64,000 nt of DNA from Eledone cirrhosa. Its lineage: Eukaryota. Both the position numbers and the translations under genes were made by a program. The DNA lies in the NCBI GenBank assembly GCA_964016885.1, contig OZ024746.1:12772001-12836000 (forward strand), in the 5' to 3' direction. The notes under the pieces are model-generated. The model was not told the origin of the DNA, made no database searches, and was given only the letters and a program-made list of their open reading frames with translations. This document shows positions 51,272 to 64,000 of this stretch, piece after piece. Numbering within the stretch: position 1 is the stretch's first letter; each line of letters begins with the position of its first letter.

Positions 51272-52378
51272 GTACCACACTGTGGCACATTGTTTTCCTT
51301 AATCATACATGCCACTATTAATTATACTATTTTCTCTCATTGATATACCACATTTAAAATATTTCATATTACTAAATTACAATACATGGTATGTTTTTGA
51401 TGGGGGTTTAATGTCAAAAACTTTGACTTCTTCAAAAAACGATTTCAGTGAAGTTATGATGATTGTGCATTGAATGTTACCATAAATATGAATAGAACCA
51501 GTTAAGTACAATTTGTAAGGTTGATGATGGTTAATTTAAAATTAATTTCTCTTAAAGGAGCAACATATTCAATTGAATTACTCTTCAGAATATGGCTGTT
51601 ATTTATAGTATTCTACTATATCTGCTGTAATGATATCTATGTTTTCTCTGGTAGTCCATAAGAAAATTTAAACATTACATTCAGCAACATTGTAGTGTTT
51701 TTGCTGATTTCAGCGATGAAGTCTTTTACATTGTATTTATTTGCAGCTAAATGAATTTCTGTATCAAATCTTTATTGTCCAACAGCAATTGTAGATGTGA
51801 CTATCTTTTCTGGTATAAGTATATCTAGGATGAAACTTAAATTTATTGAGGCTTCCTCATTGATTCCACAACTTATCGTAGCTTAATAAAGGCTGATCTT
51901 GTATTTCACATCAACATTAACTGGTCAGTTAACTAAATGTATTCGTCTAGGACACTGCAGTGTCAGTGGACAGGAGAGAAACTATTGCCCTTTGGCTGTT
52001 AGACCAAAACATTTGTGATCTTCTTTTGATGCATGTAGGAAACATATTTAAATAATGTTTGAAGGTTTAACAAAATCTTATTGTCTCTTCAGGTTAGTTT
52101 GTAAATTAAGATATGAAGAATTAATTAAAACAACTGCTCTTTACCTATTTAATTATCACTTATTTCTTTTGTTTTTCTCTCTTTCCATTCACCTAGAGAT
52201 GTGTTTATGGTAGGATGTATTTCACAATTTATATTATGAGATAGTTTATTTTTATGTGGGTGAGAATTTATCAATATTATTTCTTAATTTTTTTTAAATA
52301 ATATCCTTTCCCATCTAACCCATGCTAGTGTGGAAAATGGACATTAAATGATGATGATGATGATGATCTATTTTATAG

Positions 52379-52597
52379 GAGATAATCGGCAGCCTCAAGC
52401 AGACAGTGATGAAGACAGCAACAGTTGCCCAGCCAATAACACCTATTTCAATGGAGGGCAGGTGCCAGTAGCTGCAATACCACCATTTGTTCCTCCAGGT
52501 GCTCCAAGTATGCCACCTCTTCCTCCTGGGCCAGGACCAGCTGGACCATTGGGGCCTCTAGGACCAATGGGTCCAATAGCACCAATGCCTCCTGTTG
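52379..52597 (+). CDS. ZNF207: ZNF207 exon 4 (acidic then Pro/Gly-rich)
   Basis: DNRQPQADSDEDS...PPFVPPGAPSMPPLPPGPGP...MPPV; tatAG / GTAAGT; phase 1 to 1. Confidence 0.88.
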
Positions 52598-52629
52598 GTA
52601 AGTTGAACTATAATCACAAATTTCTCGTG

Positions 52630-52940
52630 TGTGTATAGGAGCGAAAAGAAGAATTTGATTTGGAGAAAGCTTTTGATAGGGTTCTACGGGAAGTAGTGAC
52701 ATGGGCATTGAAAGAATTTGGAATGGAGAAATGCTTGGTTAGAGTAATGATAATGTATGAGAAAGTACATACAGTTGTAAGGACAAATAACGAGAACACA
52801 GATGATGTTGGGGTGCATCAGGGATCAATATAAAGCCCACTACTATTTGTAGTTGTAAAGAAGGGTTTACCATACACAGATGACCTAGTGTTAATAGTGA
52901 ATATGAATGGATTGAGGGAGAAAATGAATAGTTGGAAGGA
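52630..52940 (+). mobile_element. Degraded RTE RT fragment in ZNF207 intron 4
   Basis: DLEKAFDRVLREVVTWALKEFGMEKCLVRV, VGVHQGS, YTDDLVL. Confidence 0.8.
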
Positions 52941-53146
52941 ATCTGTGGCTGTTTTCAAATGTCAAAATTATTGATTGTAAATCCCAAAAGATAGAATTTT
53001 AATAGATTTTGTTCATCATTTTCACCTTAAAATTTGGACAAAGGTTTCATGTTGTGTGTGTAGATTTTTTGTATGGTTGGAATTTCTTGGATCAAAATTG
53101 ATCCTGGATCAAACAACTTTTCATTGTTCTTAATTTGTTTTTCCAG

Positions 53147-53174
53147 GCCCTATGGGACCAATATCACAAATAGG
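53147..53174 (+). CDS. ZNF207: ZNF207 exon 5 (28-nt microexon)
   Basis: ttgtttttccAG / GTAAGT; GPMGPISQIG; needed to convert phase 1 to phase 2 between exons 4 and 6. Confidence 0.82.
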
Positions 53175-53763
53175 GTAAGTGTTATTTTTTTCTCTGGTTT
53201 GTTCATTGTTTTAATACATTGTCACTTCATTGTTTGAAATATTCTGTTTATTGTTACAGAGTGCACTTTTTGTTTAATAATATACTGTTGTATAGTTTAA
53301 ATAACTGAGTGGTTGAGATATGCAAATGTCCAAATTTGTAAAACACAGTCTACCACAGAAAAAATAGATGTAAAGGTCTCTAAAATTGATGTATAGTTAA
53401 CTAGTGTAAAGAAGAGTAACAGTAAAACGTGAACTCTATTCAGTTTTATGTTAACAACACAAGTATGAGTGATACTTGAGCCAGTTTAGGCAGCTATAAC
53501 TTTAGACTTTTGTTTTGTTGCATGAAAAAGATGCTGTTAAATTAACATTAATATAATATTTAGCAGTCAAACATCCCTAAACTTTCTAGTAGCAAATGAC
53601 AGCAATTTTCTTAACTCATAAACAACTTCTCGTAATGGCTTATTTTGTTCAATGTCTGCAAATTGATACGAGAGGTCAGAACAATCCTGAAATCACTATA
53701 ATCAGTTTACCACTACTCTATCGCTTTCAATAGAAGCACTAACTGTATTAGCTTCATTTGTTT

Positions 53764-54872
53764 ACTAGCAGTGGTACCCGGCGTTGCACGGGATAAGGTA
53801 TTTTGGAACGCGGGCCGCCAACAGACCTAATTGTGGAAAAACTGCCTGCCTGAACAATATGTAAAGAAAATAAACCGAATACTCTGATGGCTGGATAATC
53901 TTTAAGGTTTTCCTCGATGAAGTAGGAAAAATGCAAGTTTTCACCTAATGTGGGCCCTAGGGGATCAAGAAAATGGATTTTTTTAATGTGCACAACATGC
54001 CTTGAAATTTCAGGAAAATCGGCTAGGCGTAACGCCTCAAAAGAGCCCTGAAAAGCTGAAAAAAATGAAGTTTTTCACCTAATGCAGGCCCTAGGCCATA
54101 AAAAAGTTGGATTTTCTTTGCTCACGGTATGAAGAGACTTACTAATACATAGTTACAATTTTAAGGAAATTGGTCTGACGTAACGCCTCCAAAAAACCCC
54201 TAAAAAGCTGAAAAAACACAGTTTTTTACCTAATGCGGGCTCTAGGAGATCAAAAAGTTTAATTTTTTTATGTGCATAGCACTCCCTGAAACATAATACA
54301 CATGTAAAGTTTGAAAAAAATTGGTTGGCTACTTCTCGGGTTTCACACACACACACACGCCGCACTTCCTGCCTGCCTTCCTTCCTCAGTTTTATATATA
54401 TACATATATAGATTAAAATAACAAGATTAAAGTTTAAGCAAAGAATCGCTGCTTTCACCCTTAACGGGATCTTCTGAAACTAAAAACATGTGAACACAGA
54501 AGTAAATATTTTGAAAAACGTTGCAACCGAAGGAAAACGGGAAGACGATGCTTTGGTTCGTGAAGACGTTCCCTGGCAATGAACGGATAATAACGGAACA
54601 TAATATGTCATCAATGTTCGTCATAATGTCGTAATGCAGACAGCCAGGCATAGAGACAGATATTATAAGAGCACTACGGAGATGGATAACCGGCGCCTAA
54701 CACCCCTTTAACAACAGAAAATTGAAAAATATAAGCTGCAGTTAATATCTTTAGACCGCAAGGAATATATAAATGCAAGTTTGAAGTCAATCGGAGTAGA
54801 AATGTGGATTTGTATAGACTTTGCAAAAATGAGGACACACAGACAGACAACTACAGTTTTATATATATAGAT
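53764..54872 (+). mobile_element. Helentron-associated non-autonomous (HINE/DINE-1-like) element(s) with internal tandem repeats
   Basis: Starts actagcagtggtacccggcgttgcacggg (hairpin); three units of about 135-150 bp beginning tttt(c/t)acctaatg (about 53938, 54072, 54223); microsatellite plus cagttttatatata...gat ends at about 54413 and 54872. Confidence 0.7.
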
Positions 54873-55310
54873 TTATTGTCGTAAAATAAGTTGTTATATT
54901 ATACCAATTTCAATTAAATTCATGAATTATCTTGTTCTTGAGGAACATTTTAGTTCTCATCATTAGAGACCCTTTCTTTACCATATTTCTAACAAATATA
55001 TACTGCCTTTGTATTTTAATTATCATAATAATCAATAATTACAAGAAGTTTTCATCTTAATAATAAAGTATAAATATTTAACTACTGAAATCTTATCTAC
55101 CATGTAATGATGAGATTTCAGTCCAAGATTTGAATTTAAATTTGAACAATGGAGGTATGTTTAGATGGGTTGCTGTTTAGGGTGAAGTAGTTTGATATAT
55201 CAATATTGACTGTTTCAGAGAAGTAGTTACGTTTTTTTGGAAAACTTTGAATTGTACAGGGTATTTTTAAAGAATTCATTATTTAAATTTGTTGGTTTCT
55301 TTATTTCCAG

Positions 55311-55467
55311 AATGCATCCAAACAGTGCTCCCGGTATGCCAGCAATGGCTGTTCCACCTCGAGGAATGATGCCCCAAGTATCAAGACCACCGATTTCTTC
55401 ACAGTCTATAACTTCAACACAGAATGCACCAGCCAAACCTCTTTTTCCAGCTGCTGCAGCTGGACAG
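55311..55467 (+). CDS. ZNF207: ZNF207 exon 6
   Basis: MHPNSAPGMP...APAKPLFPAAAAGQ (KPLFP motif); ttccAG / GTATGT. Confidence 0.9.
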
Positions 55468-57564
55468 GTATGTAACATTTACATATAAACTATTGTCACT
55501 CACAAATAGTAAATTATAAATTCTTCCTACTATATGAAGAATTATCGTTATTTTTGCCTTTACATGCACATGTGGGTTGGATAGGTTTGCAACAGCCTTC
55601 TATATGACTTGAGTCTGTGACATCTTTACATATACATCTAATGTGCTCATATTTTTCTTGATTCCTTCCCAGGTTTTTCTTTGTCTGCCTCTGCTATATG
55701 TTCTGAGCTAGTTCTGTGGATTATGTAATTTCAGATCAGCCCATGTTCAGTAAACCTGTATGTAGTTGCTTAATCTTCAAGAAACATCAGCCAAATCTTT
55801 TGTCTTAAAAAATAGATGAATGCATTTAGTCCTAGATATAATATGTAGAAGTGAAGATGAGATGGTCAAGGCTAGAATACTGACGAAAGATTTGTTGCAG
55901 TAAGCCAAAATAGTTGAACATCAAAAACTATGTGGCTAAACAGCTCTGTATTACATGGATGTCACACTATTATTCTTTCTTATTTTCTGAGTCTCTACTT
56001 GTGAGTGTGAATCTGGTATCCATTTTTTGCAAACATAAATACATACAGGAAATATTAAAATGATAATTTAGAGAGAAATAATCCCTAAATTCAGAGAACA
56101 CAAATTACATGTTGAAAAATGTCAGGTGAAAGTGTTTATCTAATGAAGTCACATGTTTTTATGGAAATAATGAGATTTGCATTGACATTCTCATTTAGAT
56201 ATGAATCTATTGTTTCAGCTACGTGGGTAACATAAGACTGAAATTTCAACTGTTTTTGGTTGGATTAGTAGTGAGTGAAGGTGTGTAGCTGATTGGTTAG
56301 AGAACTGGATTCGCAATTGTGAGGTTGTCGGTTCAATTCCTGGACTGGGCAATGCGTTATGTCCTTGGGCAAGACACTTTATTTCATTTTGCAACTGATA
56401 GATAGTATTGGCAATTGGAAAGACCAATGGAAACATTGTTTCCTCAGTCCAATTTGACGAAAGTCGATCAACAAATTTTTTTAGTTGTGAGAAGGTTAAA
56501 CTATATCTGATCAGCTTGGTAGTGAAGGCTAAACTAGAACTGAAAAAAAGCCATTTGTTTAGCTGATTGGTAAAAACTTACTAATCAATATACTTTCAGC
56601 TGATTGGCAAAAGCTCACTAATCAATATACTTATAGTCTACAGTTATGCTGTCTCCTGACTCTGCTTATACTATTGCAGCTATACTGACTCGTTTCTTGA
56701 AATTACCTAGTTGTGTAGCACTTCTATCCAAGTACACCTCTTGTCATCTATACTGCATTAGATTCCACCCCTGGCATGTTAACTCCGGAATTCCCTTTGA
56801 GCTACAATATACCAGCTATGTATATTCTGTATACAAGAGTAATGCCTAAGTAGATCAGGTATTGAACTGTTTTGGATTGTGGAATCATACATACATCAGA
56901 TGTTTCATTTTTCAGTAAGCCAGTTTAGTCTATATTTACTCAGTATAATATAGTTGTCAACAATAGGACCAGTAAAGTTGATCCATTGAGAGATCTAGAG
57001 GAATGAAGCATTTGACGATATTTTTGGCACCAGTATATAGTGTAAATAAGTATGGGAAGAGATTGTGAAGTTAGATCTTAGGATGGTATGAGTACAAGGC
57101 TTCACAGATGATGATAGCAAAGGATCTCAACCAGTGGTAATATACTGTACAGCAGACACATCCAAAACATGACAGAATGGAGAAACATTAAATTAAGAGC
57201 CATGAGGTTATACATACTTCTCCATTTAAATGTGTGTTTCAAAGCTAGCATTGGTTCAAAATATTTACCCTGTAGCATTTAACCCTTTAACATTTACATT
57301 ACTCTATATTATTGTATTTTCACAGTAAAGGCTTTACTTCACATAATATCAAATATTTGAGATTTTGATATTTATTTTGAGAACAATACCTTAACATAAG
57401 TATGAGCGGCCAGTTACAGCCTGTTTGAACAGAGAAGGGTGTAAGAATTCTGGCTGAATACAGCCAGTTTAAATGCTAAAGGGTTAAACTTCTATGAATT
57501 TGTGTGTCTTATACTTCAAGATAAACGTTGACCAATCTTTGGTTTTTTTTTTTTTTTAAACCAG

Positions 57565-57786
57565 ACTCAGTCTAACACAGCCCGACCAGTCGGACCAGAT
57601 TTCAAACCAACCACAGCTATAACTCAAGGTATGGCACAGATAAAACCAACGTTTCCTTCAGCAGCTGCTGTCACTACATCAATCTCCCCCAGTGCCACAA
57701 TATCAGGAGCACCTATTATCCGTAAACCAGAATCAGCGTCAGGTTTAGCTTCAAAGTTGATGCATCCAGATGAAGATATATCATTA
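57565..57786 (+). CDS. ZNF207: ZNF207 exon 7
   Basis: TQSNTARPVGPDFKP...KPTFP...SKLMHPDEDISL (first half of the GLEBS Bub3-binding motif); GTAAGT donor. Confidence 0.92.
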
Positions 57787-59714
57787 GTAAGTTTTCTTCA
57801 CATTTGTTTGTGTGTGTGTGTGCGTGTGTGTATACAAACAAATATCACTGCTTGCAATATCAAATGTTATAAGTAGAAACAAGTGTGTGTGTGTGTGTGT
57901 GTGCATATGGGTATACATATATGTATGCGTATATCATCATCGTTTTTCCACTTTTCCATCCTGGCATGGGTTGGGTGGGATGTTTTATGTCCAGAATCCC
58001 TTCCTAACACCAGCCTTTTTGTCACCTCCTACAACACACAGGGATGCAGTGTACCTATTCGACATACACACACGATGATACATACATATGTATGTATATT
58101 ATCATCATCATCATCATCATCAGTGTTTCCATGCTTGCATGGCTTAGACAGATTGTATTCTGGGGCTAGACAAATCAAATGACTGTTTTCCTCATACATT
58201 CTGTTTGGGTTGATTTCTATGACTGGATGCCCTTCCTAATGCCAAGCACTTTACACCATGTACATGGTGCATTTTATCAGCCTCCAACACTACCACCATA
58301 CATGCACACACATAGATACCCAGCATCATATGCCTGCTTTTTCTTGCTGACAAGTATTAGGTGTGTCTGTTCCAGCACAGTATCTTACCACTTTTGTAAT
58401 CCTTCAACATCTGTTTCATGAAGTCTGACATCCTTAGATTATACCACATTTCCTCTCATATATGAGGTCTTCCTCTTCAGGTTCTTTCCTTTTCACAGAC
58501 ATAAATATATATATATATATATATATATGTGTGTATACATATGCATGAGTACATACATGTATGTATATAATATACACACTCACATATACGTATATATATA
58601 TATATAGGGAAAATACCCTCTCCTCTTTTTTTTAAATCCTTGTTTTCTTTTGTTGATGTTTTGAAGCAAATATTTTATCCCTCCTTTCAAATCAATTTTA
58701 TAGGATATTTGTAAAACAATTGATGTCTGAGAGAATGCTAAAGATAAAAATGTTAAATTGATTTTGCTATTTTTCTTAAGGTAGTGGTGGTGTGTTGGGC
58801 ACTGTAGTGTGACGGTAAGTTCTTGACAAACAATGTTTTGTGACCTGTTTTTCATTCCCATTTGGAACTGTTTCACTTCATTATACTCACTAATACCATT
58901 GTAAAATGGTATGAGTTTCACAATTTATCATTAACCCTTATTTAGAAACTTCAGGCTTCATACAAAGTGATTTTGTATTAGCAGGTTCATGTGAAACACT
59001 TCTCACTTAGCTCTATTTAATCCAGTTATTAAGATTTAAACATATTGACTGTAAACACAGCATAACATTACAACACGATAAAAGCCACAAAACTATCGAC
59101 CAACAACCTACACCATATCATTTTTAGTTGGTGCAGTGGTACATTCTTGGCAATTAAATGTGTCACAATTTGTATTCACTGCAAAAACCACTTAATTCAT
59201 GTTTTTAGACCTTTGATAAAATGCATAAATGCCAGATCTTCATTTTCAAATTATGAACCTGAGGCTTCATGCCTGTGTGAGCTGTTAATGTTAATCACCA
59301 TAGCACAGTGATAAGATCTTGATCTCCTCTTGGAACTATTCTTCACTAATTCTTTGTTGTTGATCATTTTCCATTTTTGTTACATTTGTGAATTGGCAAA
59401 TTTGAATTGAAAAGTCTGTTAGCATCATGAATATTGGTGTATTTGTCTGATGTTATCCTCCTAGATTTAAATAAAATGTTACAGATTTTAGGTAATGTTG
59501 CTTTGAAAATTACTACTATAGTCCCAGAAATCAGCAAATGGTTGAGTTGGCCATCTTTCTTCACTCAGGAATTGATCAGTAAGTGAATGATGCACTACAA
59601 TTTTCTTCATTTACTAATGTATGAATGAATCATTTAGAAATTGAAGAAACACTGCATAGTTTGTTTGGTTTTGTTTAATTTCTGGAAGTAAGTGATGTAT
59701 TATTACTTTTATAG

Positions 59715-59805
59715 GAAGAAAGACGTGCCAGTTTACCGAAGTATAAAAAAGCCACTCAATCGCCTCGGCCTGTGCAGGGTATGATTGCATCTGGAATGCT
59801 TTCTG
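59715..59805 (+). CDS. ZNF207: ZNF207 exon 8
   Basis: EERRASLPKYKK... completes GLEBS (DISL-EERRA); donor GTCAGT at 59806, alternative GTATGA at 59779. Confidence 0.88.
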
Positions 59806-61255
59806 GTCAGTATTTTCCTTTTAATTGTTTTTGTTTTTCATTTAAACACTTAGCTTAATTCTTCATATTTATCCCCTTTGTATGAAACGAAACCTAGAAC
59901 ACCTATACAACTCAAAAGTAATACTTTCAATACATTGGTAAATATTTAAAATTTCAGTTCTCATTTTCCGTAATAAATGATTTTTCATGAAAAAAAAAAA
60001 TATTTAACAAAAAATAGAAATTTCCTGTACTCTAACAGATAAAGGTTCTCTTAATGTGTGAAAAAGCATATTAACAAGGAAATTTGATGTATTTCGACCA
60101 TACGAATAAGGCTCTCTTCTATTATTTGAAGGAATTCCCTTCCAACGACTACGACTAATTTTCTGACTTCAGATATTATGATCATTTCTCTAATCTTGAA
60201 ACCATAACACTGAAGTTTTCCTCTCAGGTTTATATTTCATAAAGTGTTCAAATTAAATCTGGTGGTATACAGTGTTATCAGTTGTAATGGAGAGAGAGCT
60301 GGCAACTTCAGAGATAATCTTGCAAAGAATACTTCCCCAAAAGCACTGCTTCCTCTTCGGTTCAAGATAATTTTTGAACTCTGATCATGTACGATTGGGT
60401 CAGTTTTGTTTTGATGAAATGGGACCACAACTGTCAGTTCAATTCCCACAAGCAACTCTATCCATTTTTCCCCCTCTCTAGGGGTTTATATGCCCAAATT
60501 AAACTATTTTAATAGTCTAAACCTGTGTTGTAGCTACTTACTGTAAGTATACATACTTTCAACATGCACCCAACCTAGACCATCTAGCATAAAGACTTAG
60601 ACTACAAGGTAGCCTCTACATGGTTGCTTGACCTGCTAGCAATGGCAGCTATATCTCTTTTAATTCATACTCAACAAGGAGAGGAGATATTAGATAATGT
60701 AGTCTTACATACCCTTAAATAGATGGGATTGTCATTGATGGAATGCTTTTGTTCAATCAACATTGACTTGTGACTAAATAAGAGGTTTTCTTCTCAGTGC
60801 TTCTTATGAGCTATGTAAAAAGGTCTTGTGTTGTATTTTTAGAAAGTCACTGTTTCTATATGTTATTGTAAATATAAACCAAAGAACAGCTGGAAAATGT
60901 TATTTCACTTTATATCACAAAAATAATCATTATAAACTCAAGATTCTAGGTTGTGGAATATAATAGTAAACACTTAAACCATGTGTGTCCTGTGATCTAT
61001 AGTACAAAACCAGATTCATAAAAGATTGGCGGTAGTGTGCAAAAAGTATATCTGCTATATTTGATATATCAAGCATTTTAAAAGTTGGAGAATAATGATT
61101 TAAAAAGTGAAGAAATGAATCTCAGAAATAGAAAATTGACATATTTACTTTGATTCTATAATTTTCATAACAAAATTGATGATTGACTACTTTTAATTTC
61201 CACTTAAACATTTTTTTTTTTCATTTTCTTCATTTTAAACACTTGACAATTTCAG

Positions 61256-61395
61256 GCCCAATTCTCACTCGGATGCCAACCACTGTACCGCAAGCTATAG
61301 GTATACGTGCTGCTTACAACCCATATCCACGTGGTGTCATGATGAGTCAACCAGCAACGACAACACAATCACCACAACAAGCAGGGAGGTTCTAA
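61256..61395 (+). CDS. ZNF207: ZNF207 last coding exon
   Basis: tttcAG acceptor, phase 1; GPILTRMP...YNPYPRG...QQAGRF stop, resembling the GRY end of vertebrate ZNF207. Summed CDS is 1158 nt, in frame. Confidence 0.85.
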
Positions 61396-62981
61396 ATGTT
61401 GTTAGAGCTGTTTTTTTTTTTTTTCCTCTCTCTCTCTCTTCCTCTTTCCATTTTTCCCTCTATTCTTTCTTTACTGCCACCAACTTAGTGAGTACACCTT
61501 ATTGGTGTCATCATGGGAATCACTAAGTTATCTAGCAGTGACAGTCTAACTGGCAATTACAGCAGTATTGTTGAGCTTGTGATACAATTAGTATTATTAT
61601 TTAACTTGAGTTTGCTACTACTGTTGCTGGTTAGTTTAGGTTTTCAGCTACTAAACTATTCCTCCTGCTCCCTTGCTCCTCCATTTCACAATCATATTGT
61701 GACTGTCCACTCTTTAAAAAAAAAAGAAGTGTATTTTTTTTTAATACCTTTGAAAGTCAACTTCTATTAAACAAAATTGAAGAACAATCTCTTTTCCCTA
61801 CAAATGTCTATTTTTTAAGAAACCTGTTGTAAGAAATATCCGTATTTCTATTAGGACTTTTCACTAGATCATAAACATAATTAACCTGATGGGTATTGTT
61901 ACCTTCAGTAAGCAGGTCAGGGGATAGAAGAGGAACTTACTCAAGCTACCTATCCAACACTTGAACTCAAGGTAAGCGTAATCCTTTAGTCTATTCAGAC
62001 TTCACTAATGTCCTTTTCTTTGTCTGCTGCCACTTTCTCGTCTCCAGCAATAGTGCTACTAGTTCCACTCTGCTATTAAATTATTCAGCTAATTATTTGC
62101 AAAGACATTGTTTGTCCCCACCCTACCTATTTCTAGTTGCAGAGTGTTATTATCTTTGCATTCTTATTGCTGTCTTTGGATTTATTGATTCAGTTTACGA
62201 TTCACAAGTCTAGACATCCCATACTTCTTAATTTGACATTAGATGTCATAGAATTCGAAAATTTCAAAATTTTACAAGTTAGGAAAATGTTGAACAGCAA
62301 TTTCACCTCAAATGTTTTCTGACCTCAGCAATTTGTGACTAACCTTCAGTTAATTATGAACTATCTTCAAAAAATTCTGAAATAAAACTCTTGATCTGTC
62401 AAATTTTGTGTGTAATATATAGCATTTCAAATCTACATTTACTACCCCCTACACAACTGTCAAAATACTTCGTACAAATTCCATCATATTCATTGGATAA
62501 AATTAGTTATTCATTAATGTTGTATAAATGGTCAAAGAAATAGTTGCCTCACTTTTAAAAAAAAAGATAAACATGGACATTTGTTCCTGACCACGATAGT
62601 TCATTTGGGTAATATGTGGTAGGGGTGGTACAAATCTTTATTTCAAATTCATCTAATTACCATTGAGCACTCTGGAATCTGGTAAGTGTGTTTATATATT
62701 CTGAACCCCACCTATTTAATGTATAGCTCATTGTGTATACTTGGGGTATTTTAATTTCTAATAAATTACTCTAAGGAACAAGTTTTCAATATGTGTACTG
62801 TTATGATTTTTTCTTTTCAATTCCCTTTTTTTTTTTTTTTTTTTAAATAAATGTCTTGTTGGTTTAAGTCATTTTCTTGCTAGGGCTGGTAGAAAGTATC
62901 CCTAATGGAACTTTCTAAGAGCATCAACCTTTTCTTTTTTTATGTTTATAAATTTGAAAGAAAACTTGTTAATTTTATAAC

Positions 62982-63016
<35 letters not shown>

Positions 63017-64000
63017 GTAGAAAGAGCAGTACATTTAATATGTTTCTGATCTCGAAGACAGGTTAATAGTACAGGTAATGATGGGTAGGTAAAGTATTTA
63101 GTGCAGAATTAGAGGATGTGAAGCAATAGAAGAAATAAGAGGCTAGATGAGGGAACTCAAGGAAGCAGAAGCTGTCATAATAATAGTAAATATGACAGAG
63201 AAGGCACAGCTTGGCAAGGACCATGAGTGTCAGGATGCAATACATAGTGCTGTCCAGTCCAGATGTGTCAGCCAATGTTTTATAAACTTATACATTGTAT
63301 AAGATCAATAGTTGTTTGAAATTTTTATGAGCTGCTATATTTATATACACACACACTTTTGCTGGTTTAGTTAATGGCTAAGGCCAAGCTGGAGCATCAT
63401 CATGAAAACATGCACCTGTTAAGGACTTGAATCTATAACCCACAAATTAAAGGTATAATGCTCTACTGGGTAACTTACAATATATATCTATGTGTGTCAC
63501 AGTTCATTGACAATTAGGTTAATTGCAGTTATATATCCAACAGTCACCAATTTGAAACTATAAAAATATGACTATATAGACACACACATATATATATATA
63601 TACACACAAACATACAGATGTGTGTATACATGTATATTCAAGTTTATTTATGAAAGTCTTTGAAGTCTTATGTTATATATGCTTAAATTGCAGATTTAAC
63701 ATTTTAATATTTTTTTTTTAAATTCAATTCAGTTAATTTATCTGAAACTTTATATTTCTTTTTTTTTTTTCTTCTTCTTCTCTTTATAAAAGGCTGAAAT
63801 AATTTTTATTTTCTGCCTGTTGGTGGTTTCGGTTTTGGGTTCATTGGGTGGGACTGAGCTTGCTTGTGACCTGGCTAAATTTTGGTACCACTGACTTAGG
63901 ACTCACAGGAATTCTACAGGCAAGTCAGTCACCACGTCACAGTAAGGCTGCTATGTTATTTCTGCAGCTTACTGTTGGGCTTGCTACAATGGCCCCCAAC

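Noticed and set aside
63793-63925. Extra + strand exon with a GC donor downstream of ZNF207
   Set aside because: A pyrimidine tract and CAG-GCAAGT are present, but the frame examined contains a stop and there is no homology support.

Overview
AT-rich, microsatellite- and retroelement-dense animal genomic DNA. The SINE families and LINE spectrum suggest an octopus or other coleoid cephalopod (inference). Genes: the last two coding exons of NUDT22 (+, 1203-2752); a complete 9-exon ZNF207/BuGZ gene (+, 46537-61395, 385 aa as assembled by hand) whose first intron is U12-type; and an unrecognised single-coding-exon 164-aa ORF (-, 24471-24965) with a splice acceptor, a strong Kozak context and an N-terminal SPAK/OSR1-type RFxV motif. 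Mobile DNA: a near full-length RTE LINE with a PHD finger inside its RT region, CR1-type, CRE-type and R4-type LINE remnants, three SINE families, Tc1/mariner and piggyBac-like MITEs, a Helentron-associated (HINE-like) element, a 16-bp satellite and a SINE-derived 48-bp minisatellite. The most striking hidden signal is a cluster of long palindromes among (TA)n tracts at 6.2-8.7 kb. Two of them encode minimal type I hammerhead ribozymes of two different sequence families, typical of inverted Penelope pseudo-LTR relics. Repeat boundaries are approximate and no database search was run.
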